This document shows positions 9,771 to 19,025 of a stretch of DNA of 64,000 nt, one piece after another. A program made the translations under genes and the position numbers. Positions within the stretch are counted from its first letter, which is position 1, and each line of letters opens with the position of its first letter. Under the pieces are notes generated by a model. The model had not been told where the DNA came from. It did no database searches and worked only from the letters and a program-made list of their open reading frames with translations. Source of the stretch: a virus. The stretch is taken from IMG/VR virus record IMGVR_UViG_3300032246_001967, positions 32,001-96,000 of that record, one strand, 5' to 3'.

Positions 9771-10628
9771 ATGTTAATAAAACATTCCAAATATAAAAAC
9801 ACGGGACTTTTATTTGAACTTTTAGTTAGACAAATTACCTCTGACACATTGTCTGGTAAGGACTCTAAAGCAACTAACCTTTTAAAGAAATATTTTGTTA
9901 AAACAGAATTAAGTAGAGAATACAAGTTATACGAATCTTTATCAAAGTATAAAAATATTACTGAAGCTAAAGCAGAAACTGTAATTAATACATTAATTGA
10001 ATCTTCTAAAGAATTAAACAGAGGTGCTTTAAAAAGACAAAAGTATAATCTAATTAATGAGATTCAAAAGCATTATAACTTAGATGAATTTTTTAAGACT
10101 AAATTACCTAATTATAAAGCTTACGCTTCATTATATACGTTAATAGAAATATATAACAGCGAAAATTTATCCAACCCGGACCAAATTATTTCCAATAAAT
10201 TAAATATATTAGAACATTTATCTTCTAAATCAGTTGAAAAAACTAAAGTTGAGGATAATTTAATTGAAGAATTTAAATCATACGATAAAGATCTTAGAAT
10301 TTTAACTTACAAAGTAATGTTAGAAAAATTCAATGGTAAATATGCTGATTTAAATGATAATCAAAAAATAGTTTTAAAAGAATTTATCAATTCAGTAGAT
10401 TCTACTCCTAAATTAAGAGAATTTTATAATACTAAAATAGGAGAAATTAAATCTGAATTAACAAAATTAAATAAAAAAGTTACAAATAAAGCAATCCAGA
10501 TTAAAATTAACGAAATTCAAAATATTATTACTCCTTTAGGTAAAACATCTAAAATTGGTAATGATGATTTAGTTAATTTATTACAATATTATGAATTAAT
10601 AGATGAATTAGTTAAAATACATGGCTAA
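9771..10628 (+). CDS. Conserved head-region protein
   Basis: KHSKYKNTGLLFELL N-terminus; after portal; TATTTATA at 9749-9756. Confidence 0.55.
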   Translation: MLIKHSKYKNTGLLFELLVRQITSDTLSGKDSKATNLLKKYFVKTELSREYKLYESLSKYKNITEAKAETVINTLIESSKELNRGALKRQKYNLINEIQKHYNLDEFFKTKLPNYKAYASLYTLIEIYNSENLSNPDQIISNKLNILEHLSSKSVEKTKVEDNLIEEFKSYDKDLRILTYKVMLEKFNGKYADLNDNQKIVLKEFINSVDSTPKLREFYNTKIGEIKSELTKLNKKVTNKAIQIKINEIQNIITPLGKTSKIGNDDLVNLLQYYELIDELVKIHG

Positions 10629-11448
10629 TTTTAAATATAAAATAAAAGAAATTCAAGTAGGTGATGTCGAAATCGACAGAGGGACAAAATATACTGTAAA
10701 ATCAGTTGATCCTGAATCTGGAGCTATTGAATGGAGTGTAGAAAAAGTTGCTGATTATGAATCTTCTTTCGAAGAATTAAATAAAGCAAAAAACCTATTA
10801 GATAAACTTATTACAGCTCCAGGAGCAAAAGATGATATTAAAATTAGACAAATAGCTTCTCAAGTTAGAGACACTGTAAATAATTATAGAACTCATCTAA
10901 GAAAAAATTATCCTGAAGAATATAATAAAATCAAATCTTTATCCGAAGAAAGTACTACTGGTGGTGGAGTGGGACAAGCAAATTATACTTCAGGTACTGA
11001 AGGTGAAAATATAGCTACTAAATATGCTTTTAGTAAGAAAAAATTAAAAGAAGGTCCTGGTGCTTCAGTAGGTCCAGGTCCTAAAGCAGGTCCTGAAGGT
11101 GTTAAAGATAATACTTATGTAAAAAATTTTAAATATACTTTAGTTGATAAAAAAGCTTTAAATAAAGCTGCTAAAGGTATTGATGTTAAACCTTTATGGG
11201 AAGCTGAGTTTGATGTTGATGAATTAAATTTACAAAATCCTCAATTAAAAGATTGGATCCAAGAAAGAGTTCAATCTTTTGATGATATTGAAAGACAATT
11301 AAATGTTTTGGTAGGATTATTACAACAAGCAAAACAAGACACTATTCGTAAATATAGCCAAAATCCTAATTTTGCTGTTATTTATGGTACCGATATGGCT
11401 AAAGAATATTTAAACGACTTAATAGAATTATTTAAAAAACAACAATAA
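10621..11448 (+). CDS. Head-region protein with multiple L/I-x-E sites
   Basis: Between portal and protease; LSE, LKE and LWE separate short modules. Confidence 0.5.
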   Translation: MANFKYKIKEIQVGDVEIDRGTKYTVKSVDPESGAIEWSVEKVADYESSFEELNKAKNLLDKLITAPGAKDDIKIRQIASQVRDTVNNYRTHLRKNYPEEYNKIKSLSEESTTGGGVGQANYTSGTEGENIATKYAFSKKKLKEGPGASVGPGPKAGPEGVKDNTYVKNFKYTLVDKKALNKAAKGIDVKPLWEAEFDVDELNLQNPQLKDWIQERVQSFDDIERQLNVLVGLLQQAKQDTIRKYSQNPNFAVIYGTDMAKEYLNDLIELFKKQQ

Positions 11449-11450
11449 AC

Positions 11451-11684
11451 ATGGCAAATATACCAGTAAACGCAACCGGCATAGTATCAACAACAACAAT
11501 AACAGGTAGTTTTGGAGGATTTTCTGTAGTATCAGGATCAGCTGTATTCACAGGTTTAAAAGATGCTAATGGAAATATATTAGCAACTGTAGCTGCACCT
11601 TTAGTAATTAACTCTGGAGATACAATTCCTATTTATGTAACTAGCGCTTCTTTATCTTCTGGAGCAGTATTATTTTATTATTAA
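11451..11684 (+). CDS. Small beta-rich virion protein
   Basis: S/T/G-rich with TGS, SGS and SAS motifs. Confidence 0.45.
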   Translation: MANIPVNATGIVSTTTITGSFGGFSVVSGSAVFTGLKDANGNILATVAAPLVINSGDTIPIYVTSASLSSGAVLFYY

Positions 11685-11696
11685 TATTTATAACAA

Positions 11697-12581
11697 ATGG
11701 AAAAAACATTACAACAACAATATATTCTTATTAAAGAAGGCAAAGGAAACAAAGATGACTTTTTAAAAAGTGCTCGTCGTGTATTTCCTGAGTTTATTAC
11801 TCCATTAACTGACTATAAAACTGCTGTTAATATTCTAAAAAGCAAAAGTATTTTATCTGAATCAGTAAAACCTGTTGAAAAGAAAAACTGGTTTGAAATT
11901 TTTAATAAAAATATAAATGAAGCTGTAGGTGTTAAAAACACTAAAACTTATGGTGACCAAAATGAGTTTGATAAAATTGATTCTGAAGTACAAAAAACTT
12001 TAGATAAAGCTAATTTTAATAATAAAGACTCTAAAAATATTGATAACCTTTATGGTCAATCTTTCTTAATGGGTTATTATACTGAAATGAAAGATCCTAA
12101 AAACGCTGGAAAAACAGTAGATGAGTTAAAAGAAATTGTAGCTAAAAATATGGCTAAAGATATTAACTATTATGCTACAAATGCTTCATTTGGTGTTAAA
12201 GGTATTGGTTATGAAAAATCAAAAGAACAAAAAGACCCTAAAGGTAAATGGAAAGCTAGTGGATATGGTGATTTAAGTGAAGCTAAACGTCCTAATATTT
12301 CTTCAGAAATTAAAGAGATTGAAAAATCAAACGAAACATTAGCATTAGAAGCTAAAATAAAAGCAATTGATGAAGCTATTGAAAAAAGACAATCTAAATT
12401 ATCTATTGCTGAATCAGAAGAATTAGCTGAAATGATTGATCCTAAAATGGTTAAAACTCTTCAAAAAGAAATTAAAGAGTTAGAAAAATATAAAGCTAAA
12501 GCTGCTAAATTATATGAAAAAATAACTGGTAGTAAAAAACAAGAAGTTATAGACGAAGATAACGATTTAACTCAATATTAA
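11697..12581 (+). CDS. Prohead core/internal protein candidate
   Basis: TATTTATA at 11685-11692; IKE, LSE and INE sites; C-terminal coiled coil. Confidence 0.5.
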   Translation: MEKTLQQQYILIKEGKGNKDDFLKSARRVFPEFITPLTDYKTAVNILKSKSILSESVKPVEKKNWFEIFNKNINEAVGVKNTKTYGDQNEFDKIDSEVQKTLDKANFNNKDSKNIDNLYGQSFLMGYYTEMKDPKNAGKTVDELKEIVAKNMAKDINYYATNASFGVKGIGYEKSKEQKDPKGKWKASGYGDLSEAKRPNISSEIKEIEKSNETLALEAKIKAIDEAIEKRQSKLSIAESEELAEMIDPKMVKTLQKEIKELEKYKAKAAKLYEKITGSKKQEVIDEDNDLTQY

Positions 12582-12582
12582 T

Positions 12583-13188
12583 ATGAAACAAGTATTAATT
12601 GAAACCATACCGTTTAATGTATCACGTACACAATTACATGAGGGTTTAAAAGCTCCTTCGGGTAATCCTTTAGTTGAAGGTATTCTAGCTACAGCTGAAG
12701 TAAAAAATGGTAATGGTCGTTATTATCCAAAAGAGTTATGGGAAAGAGAAATTGACAAATACCAACAAATGGTTAGAGAAAATAGAGCAACAGGTGAATT
12801 AGATCATCCTGAGTCTTCTATTATATCTTTAAAAAACGTATCTCATATTATTAGAGAATGTTGGTGGGACGGAGATAAAGTAATGGGTAAAATAGAAATT
12901 TTACCTACTGTATCTGGTAATATTTTAAAAGCACTTATTGATAATAATGTAACAGTAGGTGTATCATCTCGTGGAATGGGTTCATTAAAACAAATTGGTG
13001 AAGGAACATTAGAAGTACAAGATGATTTTGAATTATTATGCTGGGACTTTGTATCAACCCCATCTAATCCAGGTTCATATATGACGTTAGTTAGAGAAGG
13101 TATTGAAAAACCTACAAATGATTATTCTAAAGTTAATTCTTTATTAACAGAAATCCTTTGTGCTAACGGAACCTGTCCAATATTTTGA
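12583..13188 (+). CDS. Prohead protease (T4 gp21-like)
   Basis: NGNGRYY, GELDHP, SH, GVSSRGMGS, DFVSTPS catalytic motifs. Confidence 0.95.
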   Translation: MKQVLIETIPFNVSRTQLHEGLKAPSGNPLVEGILATAEVKNGNGRYYPKELWEREIDKYQQMVRENRATGELDHPESSIISLKNVSHIIRECWWDGDKVMGKIEILPTVSGNILKALIDNNVTVGVSSRGMGSLKQIGEGTLEVQDDFELLCWDFVSTPSNPGSYMTLVREGIEKPTNDYSKVNSLLTEILCANGTCPIF

Positions 13189-13216
13189 CCTCTCTTGGGA
13201 TAGTATCCCTTGACTG

Positions 13217-13246
13217 ACCCTCCCCTAAAAAGGAGGGTTTCTTTTT
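13217..13246 (+). terminator. Intrinsic terminator
   Basis: ACCCTCC-CCTAAAAA-GGAGGGT then TTCTTTTT. Confidence 0.75.
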
Positions 13247-13268
13247 GCGTTTTTGAAATATTTTGATA

Positions 13269-13392
13269 TACGTATACCCGACAATATACGATTTTCTATA
13301 TCGTATTAAGATTTAAAATATCTATTACGCTTCGAGTAATCTATAATAAGCGTACTTCCAACAAAAATTATTTGAGGACAAAAAACAAACAA
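13269..13392 (+). promoter_or_regulatory. Variant late promoter (TACGTATA) and structured leader of scaffold/capsid operon
   Basis: Hairpins ATACGAT/ATCGTAT (13286-13306) and TACGCTT/AAGCGTA (13326-13354). Confidence 0.45.
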
Positions 13393-14466
13393 ATGGCAAA
13401 CAGAGACTTATTAAAAGAAGCCATTGCCGATGCTAAAGCTGTTAAGGAAACAGCCATCGCCAATGCAAAAGCTGCTCTTGAAGAAGCTTTTACTCCCATG
13501 CTTCGTGAAAAATTAGCTGCTAAAATAGCTGAAATGGATGAAATGGAAGAAGAAGTTGATTTAAAAGAAGCAGACGAAATGGAAGAAGGTCTTGAAGAAA
13601 CTTACGACAAAACTGATGAAGCTAAAGACATGGATAACATGGAAGAAGCTGAAAAAGTAGATGAAGTAGATCTTGAAGAACTTCTAAGAGAATTAGATGA
13701 ATTAGAAGAAGGTGAAGCGACAGGTGAAGAAGGATTTGGTAAATTTTCTTCAGACGGAACCGAAGGTTTCGATGGTGGAGACGGAGACACACAAGAAAAA
13801 GCATTAGATGAAGCTGAAGGTGAAGAAGATTATGAAGATAAAGATGCAGATGGTGTTGAAGATTCAGAAGATGAAGAAATTGACATCGAAAACATGGACG
13901 AAGATGATCTTAAAAAATTCATTGAAAGTGTAATCGCTGACATGGTTGAATCTGGCGAATTAGAAGCTGGCCATGAAGGTGAAGAAGGTGAAGAGGGAGA
14001 AGAAGGTGAAGAAGATGAAGAAGGTGAAGAAGAAATGAGTATGGATATGATGGCTGAGGTTAAGAAAGCTAAAAAAGATGCTGAAGAATCTAAAAAAGCT
14101 AAAGAAAAAGCTGAAAAAGAGCTTAAAGAAGCTTATGATGCTTTAGAAGCAATTAAAACTGAACTTAACGAAGTTAACTTATTCAACGCTAAATTACTTT
14201 ACACTAACAAAATCTTCAAAGCTAAGAATTTGAACGAATCACAAAAAGTAAAAGTATTAGCTGCTTTTGATAAAGCGGCTAGTGTAAAAGAAGCTAAATT
14301 AGTATTTGAAACTCTATCAGCTGGTTTCAATGAAAAGAAAGCTCCTATGAATGAATCATTAATCCGTGGTGGTGCTTCAAAAGCTGCAGGTGTAGCTACT
14401 AAAAAGCCAATTATGGAAGCTAATGATCAGGTTGCAAGATGGCAAAAATTAGCTGGTATCAAATAA
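13393..14466 (+). CDS. Prohead scaffolding protein
   Basis: Very acidic coiled coil between protease and capsid; many LxE sites; ATG at 13393 after an A-rich tract. Confidence 0.85.
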   Translation: MANRDLLKEAIADAKAVKETAIANAKAALEEAFTPMLREKLAAKIAEMDEMEEEVDLKEADEMEEGLEETYDKTDEAKDMDNMEEAEKVDEVDLEELLRELDELEEGEATGEEGFGKFSSDGTEGFDGGDGDTQEKALDEAEGEEDYEDKDADGVEDSEDEEIDIENMDEDDLKKFIESVIADMVESGELEAGHEGEEGEEGEEGEEDEEGEEEMSMDMMAEVKKAKKDAEESKKAKEKAEKELKEAYDALEAIKTELNEVNLFNAKLLYTNKIFKAKNLNESQKVKVLAAFDKAASVKEAKLVFETLSAGFNEKKAPMNESLIRGGASKAAGVATKKPIMEANDQVARWQKLAGIK

Positions 14467-14494
14467 AAAATAAAAACAAAAACAAATAACAAAA

Positions 14495-16174
14495 ATGTCA
14501 CAAGTACAACAACTTTTAGAAAGCGCAGCAGGTTCTTGGAAGAGCATGCAAAGCGACGCAGCCAAATTATCCGGCAAATGGATTAAAACTGGCTTATTAG
14601 AAGGTTTAGGTGAGATTGATAAGAATAACATGTCAATCTTATTAGAAAACCAAGCAAAACAGTTAGTAATGGAATTTAACCAAATCTCTACTAACTCTTA
14701 CTTTACTAGCGGTACTCAAGGTGAAAACTGGGCTGGTATTGCTTTACCATTGGTTCGTAAGGTATTCGGAACTATCGTAGCGAAAGAGTTCGTTTCAGTT
14801 CAACCTATGAACATGCCTTCAGGTCTAGTGTTCTTCTTAGATTTCCAATATGGTAACACTAAGAACCCATTTGCAACTGGTGATTCTTTATATGGTCAAA
14901 GAAACGCTTCTGGTCAGTTCCCATTTGCTACTACTGCCCCTTCAGGTGCTTTATATGGCGCTGGTAAGTTTACTTACTCAACTAACCAAACTTCATCTAC
15001 AGTAGTAACAACTTCAGGTTCTAACATTAGCTCAGCTTCTTTTGCTGATGTTAACTTTGATTCTAATTTCTCAGCTTCTGTAGCTGCTGGTAACATCAAG
15101 AAAATTGCTATCTCTAGTTCAAGAGCTACTAACTTAGTTTCTATGGATTTAGATGCGGTTCGTGGTTTCATCATTACTTCAGGTTCAGTTACTGTTGGTG
15201 CTAACTTACCTCAGTTCTTTACTTATGATTACACTAACGATACTGTAAACTTCTTCGTTTCTGCTTCTACTGCTCAAATCGGTGGTGCTTCTGGTGTTAA
15301 CACTTACACAGTGTTCTACAACAAGTTAACTACTGACCAGTACAGAGGTGACTTTGAAGAATCAAGTTCATACTCAACTCCTAACTCTTTAAGTACTTCA
15401 ACTATCATTATCCCTGAGATCAATGTTAAAATGCAGTCACAAGCTATCACAGCTAAGACTAAGAAGTTAAAAGCTGTTTGGACTCCTGAGTTTGCACAAG
15501 ACTTAGCTGCTTACCAAAACATCGATGCTGAAGCTGAATTAACTAACATCATGAGTGAGTACATTTCAATGGAAATTGATCTTGAAATCTTAGATATGTT
15601 AATTGAAGATGCTGCTGCTGGTACTGAATATTGGTCAGTTGTTAACAACACTGTAATTACTGGTTCTGGTGCTGGAGCTGTTCCTACAACTTTAGCTTCT
15701 GGTTACTACAATACTCAAGGTCAATGGTTCCAAACTTTAGGAACTAAGATCCAAAAGTTAAGTAACAGAATCCACCAGTTAACTTTAAGAGGTGGTGCAA
15801 ACTTCATCGTAACTTCTCCTACAGTTGCTACTGTTCTTGAATCTATCCCAGGATTTGCTTCTACTTCAAACGGTGAAGCTGAACAAATGGAATATGCATT
15901 CGGTGTACAGAAAGTTGGTAGCGTAAACGGTCGTTACAAGGTTTATAAAAACCCTTACTTAACTGAAAACTTAATCTTAATGGGTTACAAAGGATCTCAA
16001 TTCCTTGAGACTGGTGCTGTATTTGCTCCTTATATCCCAATGATTATGACTCCATTAGTGTACGATCCTGATACCTTCACTCCACGTAAAGGTTTATTAA
16101 CTCGTTACGCTAAGAAGATGTTACGTCCTGAATTCTATGCTAAGATCTATGTTAATGGTTTAAACACCATCTAA
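14495..16174 (+). CDS. Major capsid protein (T4 gp23-like)
   Basis: VSVQPMNMPSGLVF, KLKAVWTPEFAQDL, FAPYIP, F.PRKGLLTRY; biased high-expression codons. Confidence 0.97.
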   Translation: MSQVQQLLESAAGSWKSMQSDAAKLSGKWIKTGLLEGLGEIDKNNMSILLENQAKQLVMEFNQISTNSYFTSGTQGENWAGIALPLVRKVFGTIVAKEFVSVQPMNMPSGLVFFLDFQYGNTKNPFATGDSLYGQRNASGQFPFATTAPSGALYGAGKFTYSTNQTSSTVVTTSGSNISSASFADVNFDSNFSASVAAGNIKKIAISSSRATNLVSMDLDAVRGFIITSGSVTVGANLPQFFTYDYTNDTVNFFVSASTAQIGGASGVNTYTVFYNKLTTDQYRGDFEESSSYSTPNSLSTSTIIIPEINVKMQSQAITAKTKKLKAVWTPEFAQDLAAYQNIDAEAELTNIMSEYISMEIDLEILDMLIEDAAAGTEYWSVVNNTVITGSGAGAVPTTLASGYYNTQGQWFQTLGTKIQKLSNRIHQLTLRGGANFIVTSPTVATVLESIPGFASTSNGEAEQMEYAFGVQKVGSVNGRYKVYKNPYLTENLILMGYKGSQFLETGAVFAPYIPMIMTPLVYDPDTFTPRKGLLTRYAKKMLRPEFYAKIYVNGLNTI

Positions 16175-16206
16175 TATAGCCTAGAAAGGATATAATTAAG
16201 TAAAGA

Positions 16207-16240
16207 AGAGCCTAGAGATTTCTAGGCTCTCTTTATTTCT
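16207..16240 (+). terminator. Intrinsic terminator after capsid gene
   Basis: AGAGCCTAGA-GATT-TCTAGGCTCT then CTTTATTTCT. Confidence 0.75.
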
Positions 16241-16288
16241 AGGTACTTACTATATATTTATACTCAACATAGTTATAAAATAAATTTT

Positions 16289-17203
16289 ATGAAAGAAACA
16301 CCAAGTCAGTTACCTATTCAAAGTTATGTGATGAATTTCCCGTTCACCTTATCAACAGAAGATCCAAATAACATTTGGATGCAAGAACTAACTGATGATG
16401 AGTTAAGAGTTAACAAACCAAAAGCTTATAAACAATTTATGGATTTATATCAGTTTATGGCTGGTGGATCTTTAGTTTATTTATTACCTGCTGAAGGCAA
16501 TTTTCAAGATCAAGTTTATGTAGCTAACTTAGGTATTCATTTACCTCATATTAAAAATGAAAATCATATTGTTTTATCTAACTTTACTTCTGATCCTCGT
16601 AAAGGTGAAGAATTAGTAGGTGAAAAATTTTTTAACCAAATGGGTTATAAAACAGCTATTTCTCCTTACAAATGGGAAGGTGAAGCTGATTTAAAATACC
16701 TTTATGGTAACAAATATATTGGTGGTTATGGTATTCGTTCCAATATTAAAACATATGAATGGATGGAAGAACAATACAATATGGATATTATTAAGGTTGC
16801 CATGACCGATGAATATCTTTATCATTTAGATTGTTCTATATTCGCGTTAAACACAGAACAAACATTGATTTGCACCGAGTTATTTGACTCTGAAGAACTC
16901 GCGTTAATAGAAAGAGAAACAGAAATTATTGATATTGATGTTGAAGATGCTTTAGGTGGATTAACTAACTCTGTTAGATATGGTAACATGATTTTATGTG
17001 CTTCTAATATTTCTGAGTTAAAAAAATCTCATGAATATTATGAAGGTGAAAAACATAAAATTGAAACATTAGAAAAAATTTGTTCTAATGCTGGTATGGA
17101 ACCTGTTATCTTCAATTTATCAGAATATATGAAATCAGGTGCTATGCTTTCTTGTATGGTAATGCATTTAAATAGAGTTGATCATAATAGAATTTTACTA
17201 TAA
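16289..17203 (+). CDS. Amidinotransferase/arginine dihydrolase-fold (pentein) enzyme
   Basis: DQVYVAN, R.GE, EGEAD, YHLDC, SEYMKSGAMLSC catalytic D/H/C set; TATTTATA at 16255-16262. Confidence 0.8.
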   Translation: MKETPSQLPIQSYVMNFPFTLSTEDPNNIWMQELTDDELRVNKPKAYKQFMDLYQFMAGGSLVYLLPAEGNFQDQVYVANLGIHLPHIKNENHIVLSNFTSDPRKGEELVGEKFFNQMGYKTAISPYKWEGEADLKYLYGNKYIGGYGIRSNIKTYEWMEEQYNMDIIKVAMTDEYLYHLDCSIFALNTEQTLICTELFDSEELALIERETEIIDIDVEDALGGLTNSVRYGNMILCASNISELKKSHEYYEGEKHKIETLEKICSNAGMEPVIFNLSEYMKSGAMLSCMVMHLNRVDHNRILL

Positions 17204-17922
17204 TGGCACAAACATTACAAGAATGGTTAAATACTGAAGTTAAGCAACTTCAAAAAATGCCTGTTGGTGATTTATCTAATACTTTCTTTTTTAGAGATCC
17301 TATTAGACCTAATTTTATAGACCATGAACATTTTTATAGTCCAGCTGATGGAACTATTTTATATCAGAAATTCATTAAAGATCCTACTGAACCTATAGTT
17401 GAGATTAAAGGATTAAATTACACACTACAAGATGTCGTAGGCGATGATGAATACAATACCCCTTCATTAGTTATCGGTATATTCATGTCGTTCTACGATG
17501 TTCATATAAATCGCATACCTTACGGAGGTATTTTAAAATATAAACCACTAGACGCTATACAGTCAACTAATAAACCAATGTTAGCTGTAGAAAAGGATAT
17601 CTTAAATAAAAAGATTAATCCTGCTAATATGGAGTATTTAAAATATAATGAAAGAATGTGGAATCAAATTTACTCACCTTCTTTAGATTACAAATATTAT
17701 CTTATTCAGATTGCTGATGAGGATGTAAACGTAATTGCTCCTTTTACAAATTCACAGAATGATATATTTGCTCAAAATGAAAGATTTTCTTTAATTAGAT
17801 GGGGTTCTCAAGTTGATTTAGTATTACCGTTAGATGAAAGATTTGATTTTGAACTTTGTCTTGATGATGCAATGCATGTGCAAGCAGGAATAGATAAGAT
17901 TATTAAAATAATAAATAAATAA
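17203..17922 (+). CDS. Phosphatidylserine-decarboxylase-family pyruvoyl proenzyme without membrane anchor
   Basis: FFRDP.R, SPADG, IFMS..DVHINR.P, NER, IRWGSQVD (G/S autocleavage site). Confidence 0.8.
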   Translation: MAQTLQEWLNTEVKQLQKMPVGDLSNTFFFRDPIRPNFIDHEHFYSPADGTILYQKFIKDPTEPIVEIKGLNYTLQDVVGDDEYNTPSLVIGIFMSFYDVHINRIPYGGILKYKPLDAIQSTNKPMLAVEKDILNKKINPANMEYLKYNERMWNQIYSPSLDYKYYLIQIADEDVNVIAPFTNSQNDIFAQNERFSLIRWGSQVDLVLPLDERFDFELCLDDAMHVQAGIDKIIKIINK

Positions 17923-17923
17923 T

Positions 17924-18613
17924 ATGGCATCAAACCATTACGAGGATGAAGTATTTAAAAATAAAAGAATACCTAAAAATCCAATTAAATTCGGAATTAC
18001 TCTGAATGAAGAACAAAAAAAAGCTAAAGAAGATATTTTAAACAATGACATTGTAGCTTTAAAAGGTAAAGCAGGATCTGGTAAAACAGCAACTGCCTTA
18101 CAAGTAGCTTTAGATCAATTGTTTAAAAGAGAAATAGAAAAAATTATAATTGCTCGTCCTTATGTAACTGCTGGTGAAGATATTGGACATTTACCAGGAG
18201 GAGTTGATGATAAATTAGCTTATTTAACTGCTCCTATATATAATATAATGCATGAGTTAGTAGGTAAAGAAAAATCAGAAAAATTAGTTAATGAAGGACA
18301 AGTTTTAGTAGCTCCTTTTGGATTTTTAAGAGGTAATACATTTTCTAACTGTTATGTTTTGATTGATGAAGCACAAAACGCTTCTATGAAACAAACAGAA
18401 TTAATGATTGGTCGTTTAGGTAGAAACTCTAAAATGATTTTTTGTGGAGACATGTCTCAATGTGATTTAAAAAATAAAAAAGACTCGGGTTTTGATTTCT
18501 TTTTAAAACTAGAAATTGAAGTACCTAAAGTTAAAGTAATTACATTAGAAAAAAACCACAGACATGAAATAGTAGAACCTGTGTTAAAAGTGTTTGCTGC
18601 TTATAGAGATTAA
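17924..18613 (+). CDS. phoH: PhoH family ATPase
   Basis: GKAGSGKT, GHLPG, FLRGNTF, DEAQN, GDMSQCD, RH. Confidence 0.92.
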   Translation: MASNHYEDEVFKNKRIPKNPIKFGITLNEEQKKAKEDILNNDIVALKGKAGSGKTATALQVALDQLFKREIEKIIIARPYVTAGEDIGHLPGGVDDKLAYLTAPIYNIMHELVGKEKSEKLVNEGQVLVAPFGFLRGNTFSNCYVLIDEAQNASMKQTELMIGRLGRNSKMIFCGDMSQCDLKNKKDSGFDFFLKLEIEVPKVKVITLEKNHRHEIVEPVLKVFAAYRD

Positions 18614-18650
18614 TATTTTCCCCTGTATCTTTAATATTTATAAATAAACT

Positions 18651-19025
18651 ATGGCTGCAGGTAAATATAATATAGTAATAGAACAAGGAGCAACGTACGA
18701 CATTACAATTGCTTATAAAGATTCTAACAACAATCCTATTGACTTAACAGGATTTGGAGGAAGAATGCAAATTAGACCTTCTATAGGATCTACAACCACT
18801 TATCTATGTCTATCTAGTAGTTTACAAGCTGATGGAACAGGTTTAGAGTTTTTATCACCTACTACATCAGGATCTATAAAACTTTATATTTCTGCTATTA
18901 GTTCTTCAATGTTAAATTTTGATCAAGCTGTTTATGATTTAGAAATTGCTTCTGGTTCTTATGTAAGTAGAATACTACAGGGTGGTGTAAAATTATCTAA
19001 AGAAGTAACAACCGGTATTTGCTAA
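18651..19025 (+). CDS. Virion structural protein (BppU-like beta domain)
   Basis: IEQGAT, PIDLTG, YDLEI, RILQG pattern; late motif at 18635-18642. Confidence 0.55.
   Translation: MAAGKYNIVIEQGATYDITIAYKDSNNNPIDLTGFGGRMQIRPSIGSTTTYLCLSSSLQADGTGLEFLSPTTSGSIKLYISAISSSMLNFDQAVYDLEIASGSYVSRILQGGVKLSKEVTTGIC

Noticed and set aside
13480-14130. GAA-rich quasi-repeats as a tandem or CRISPR-like array
   Set aside because: Explained by Glu-rich scaffold coding; no fixed repeat-spacer period.
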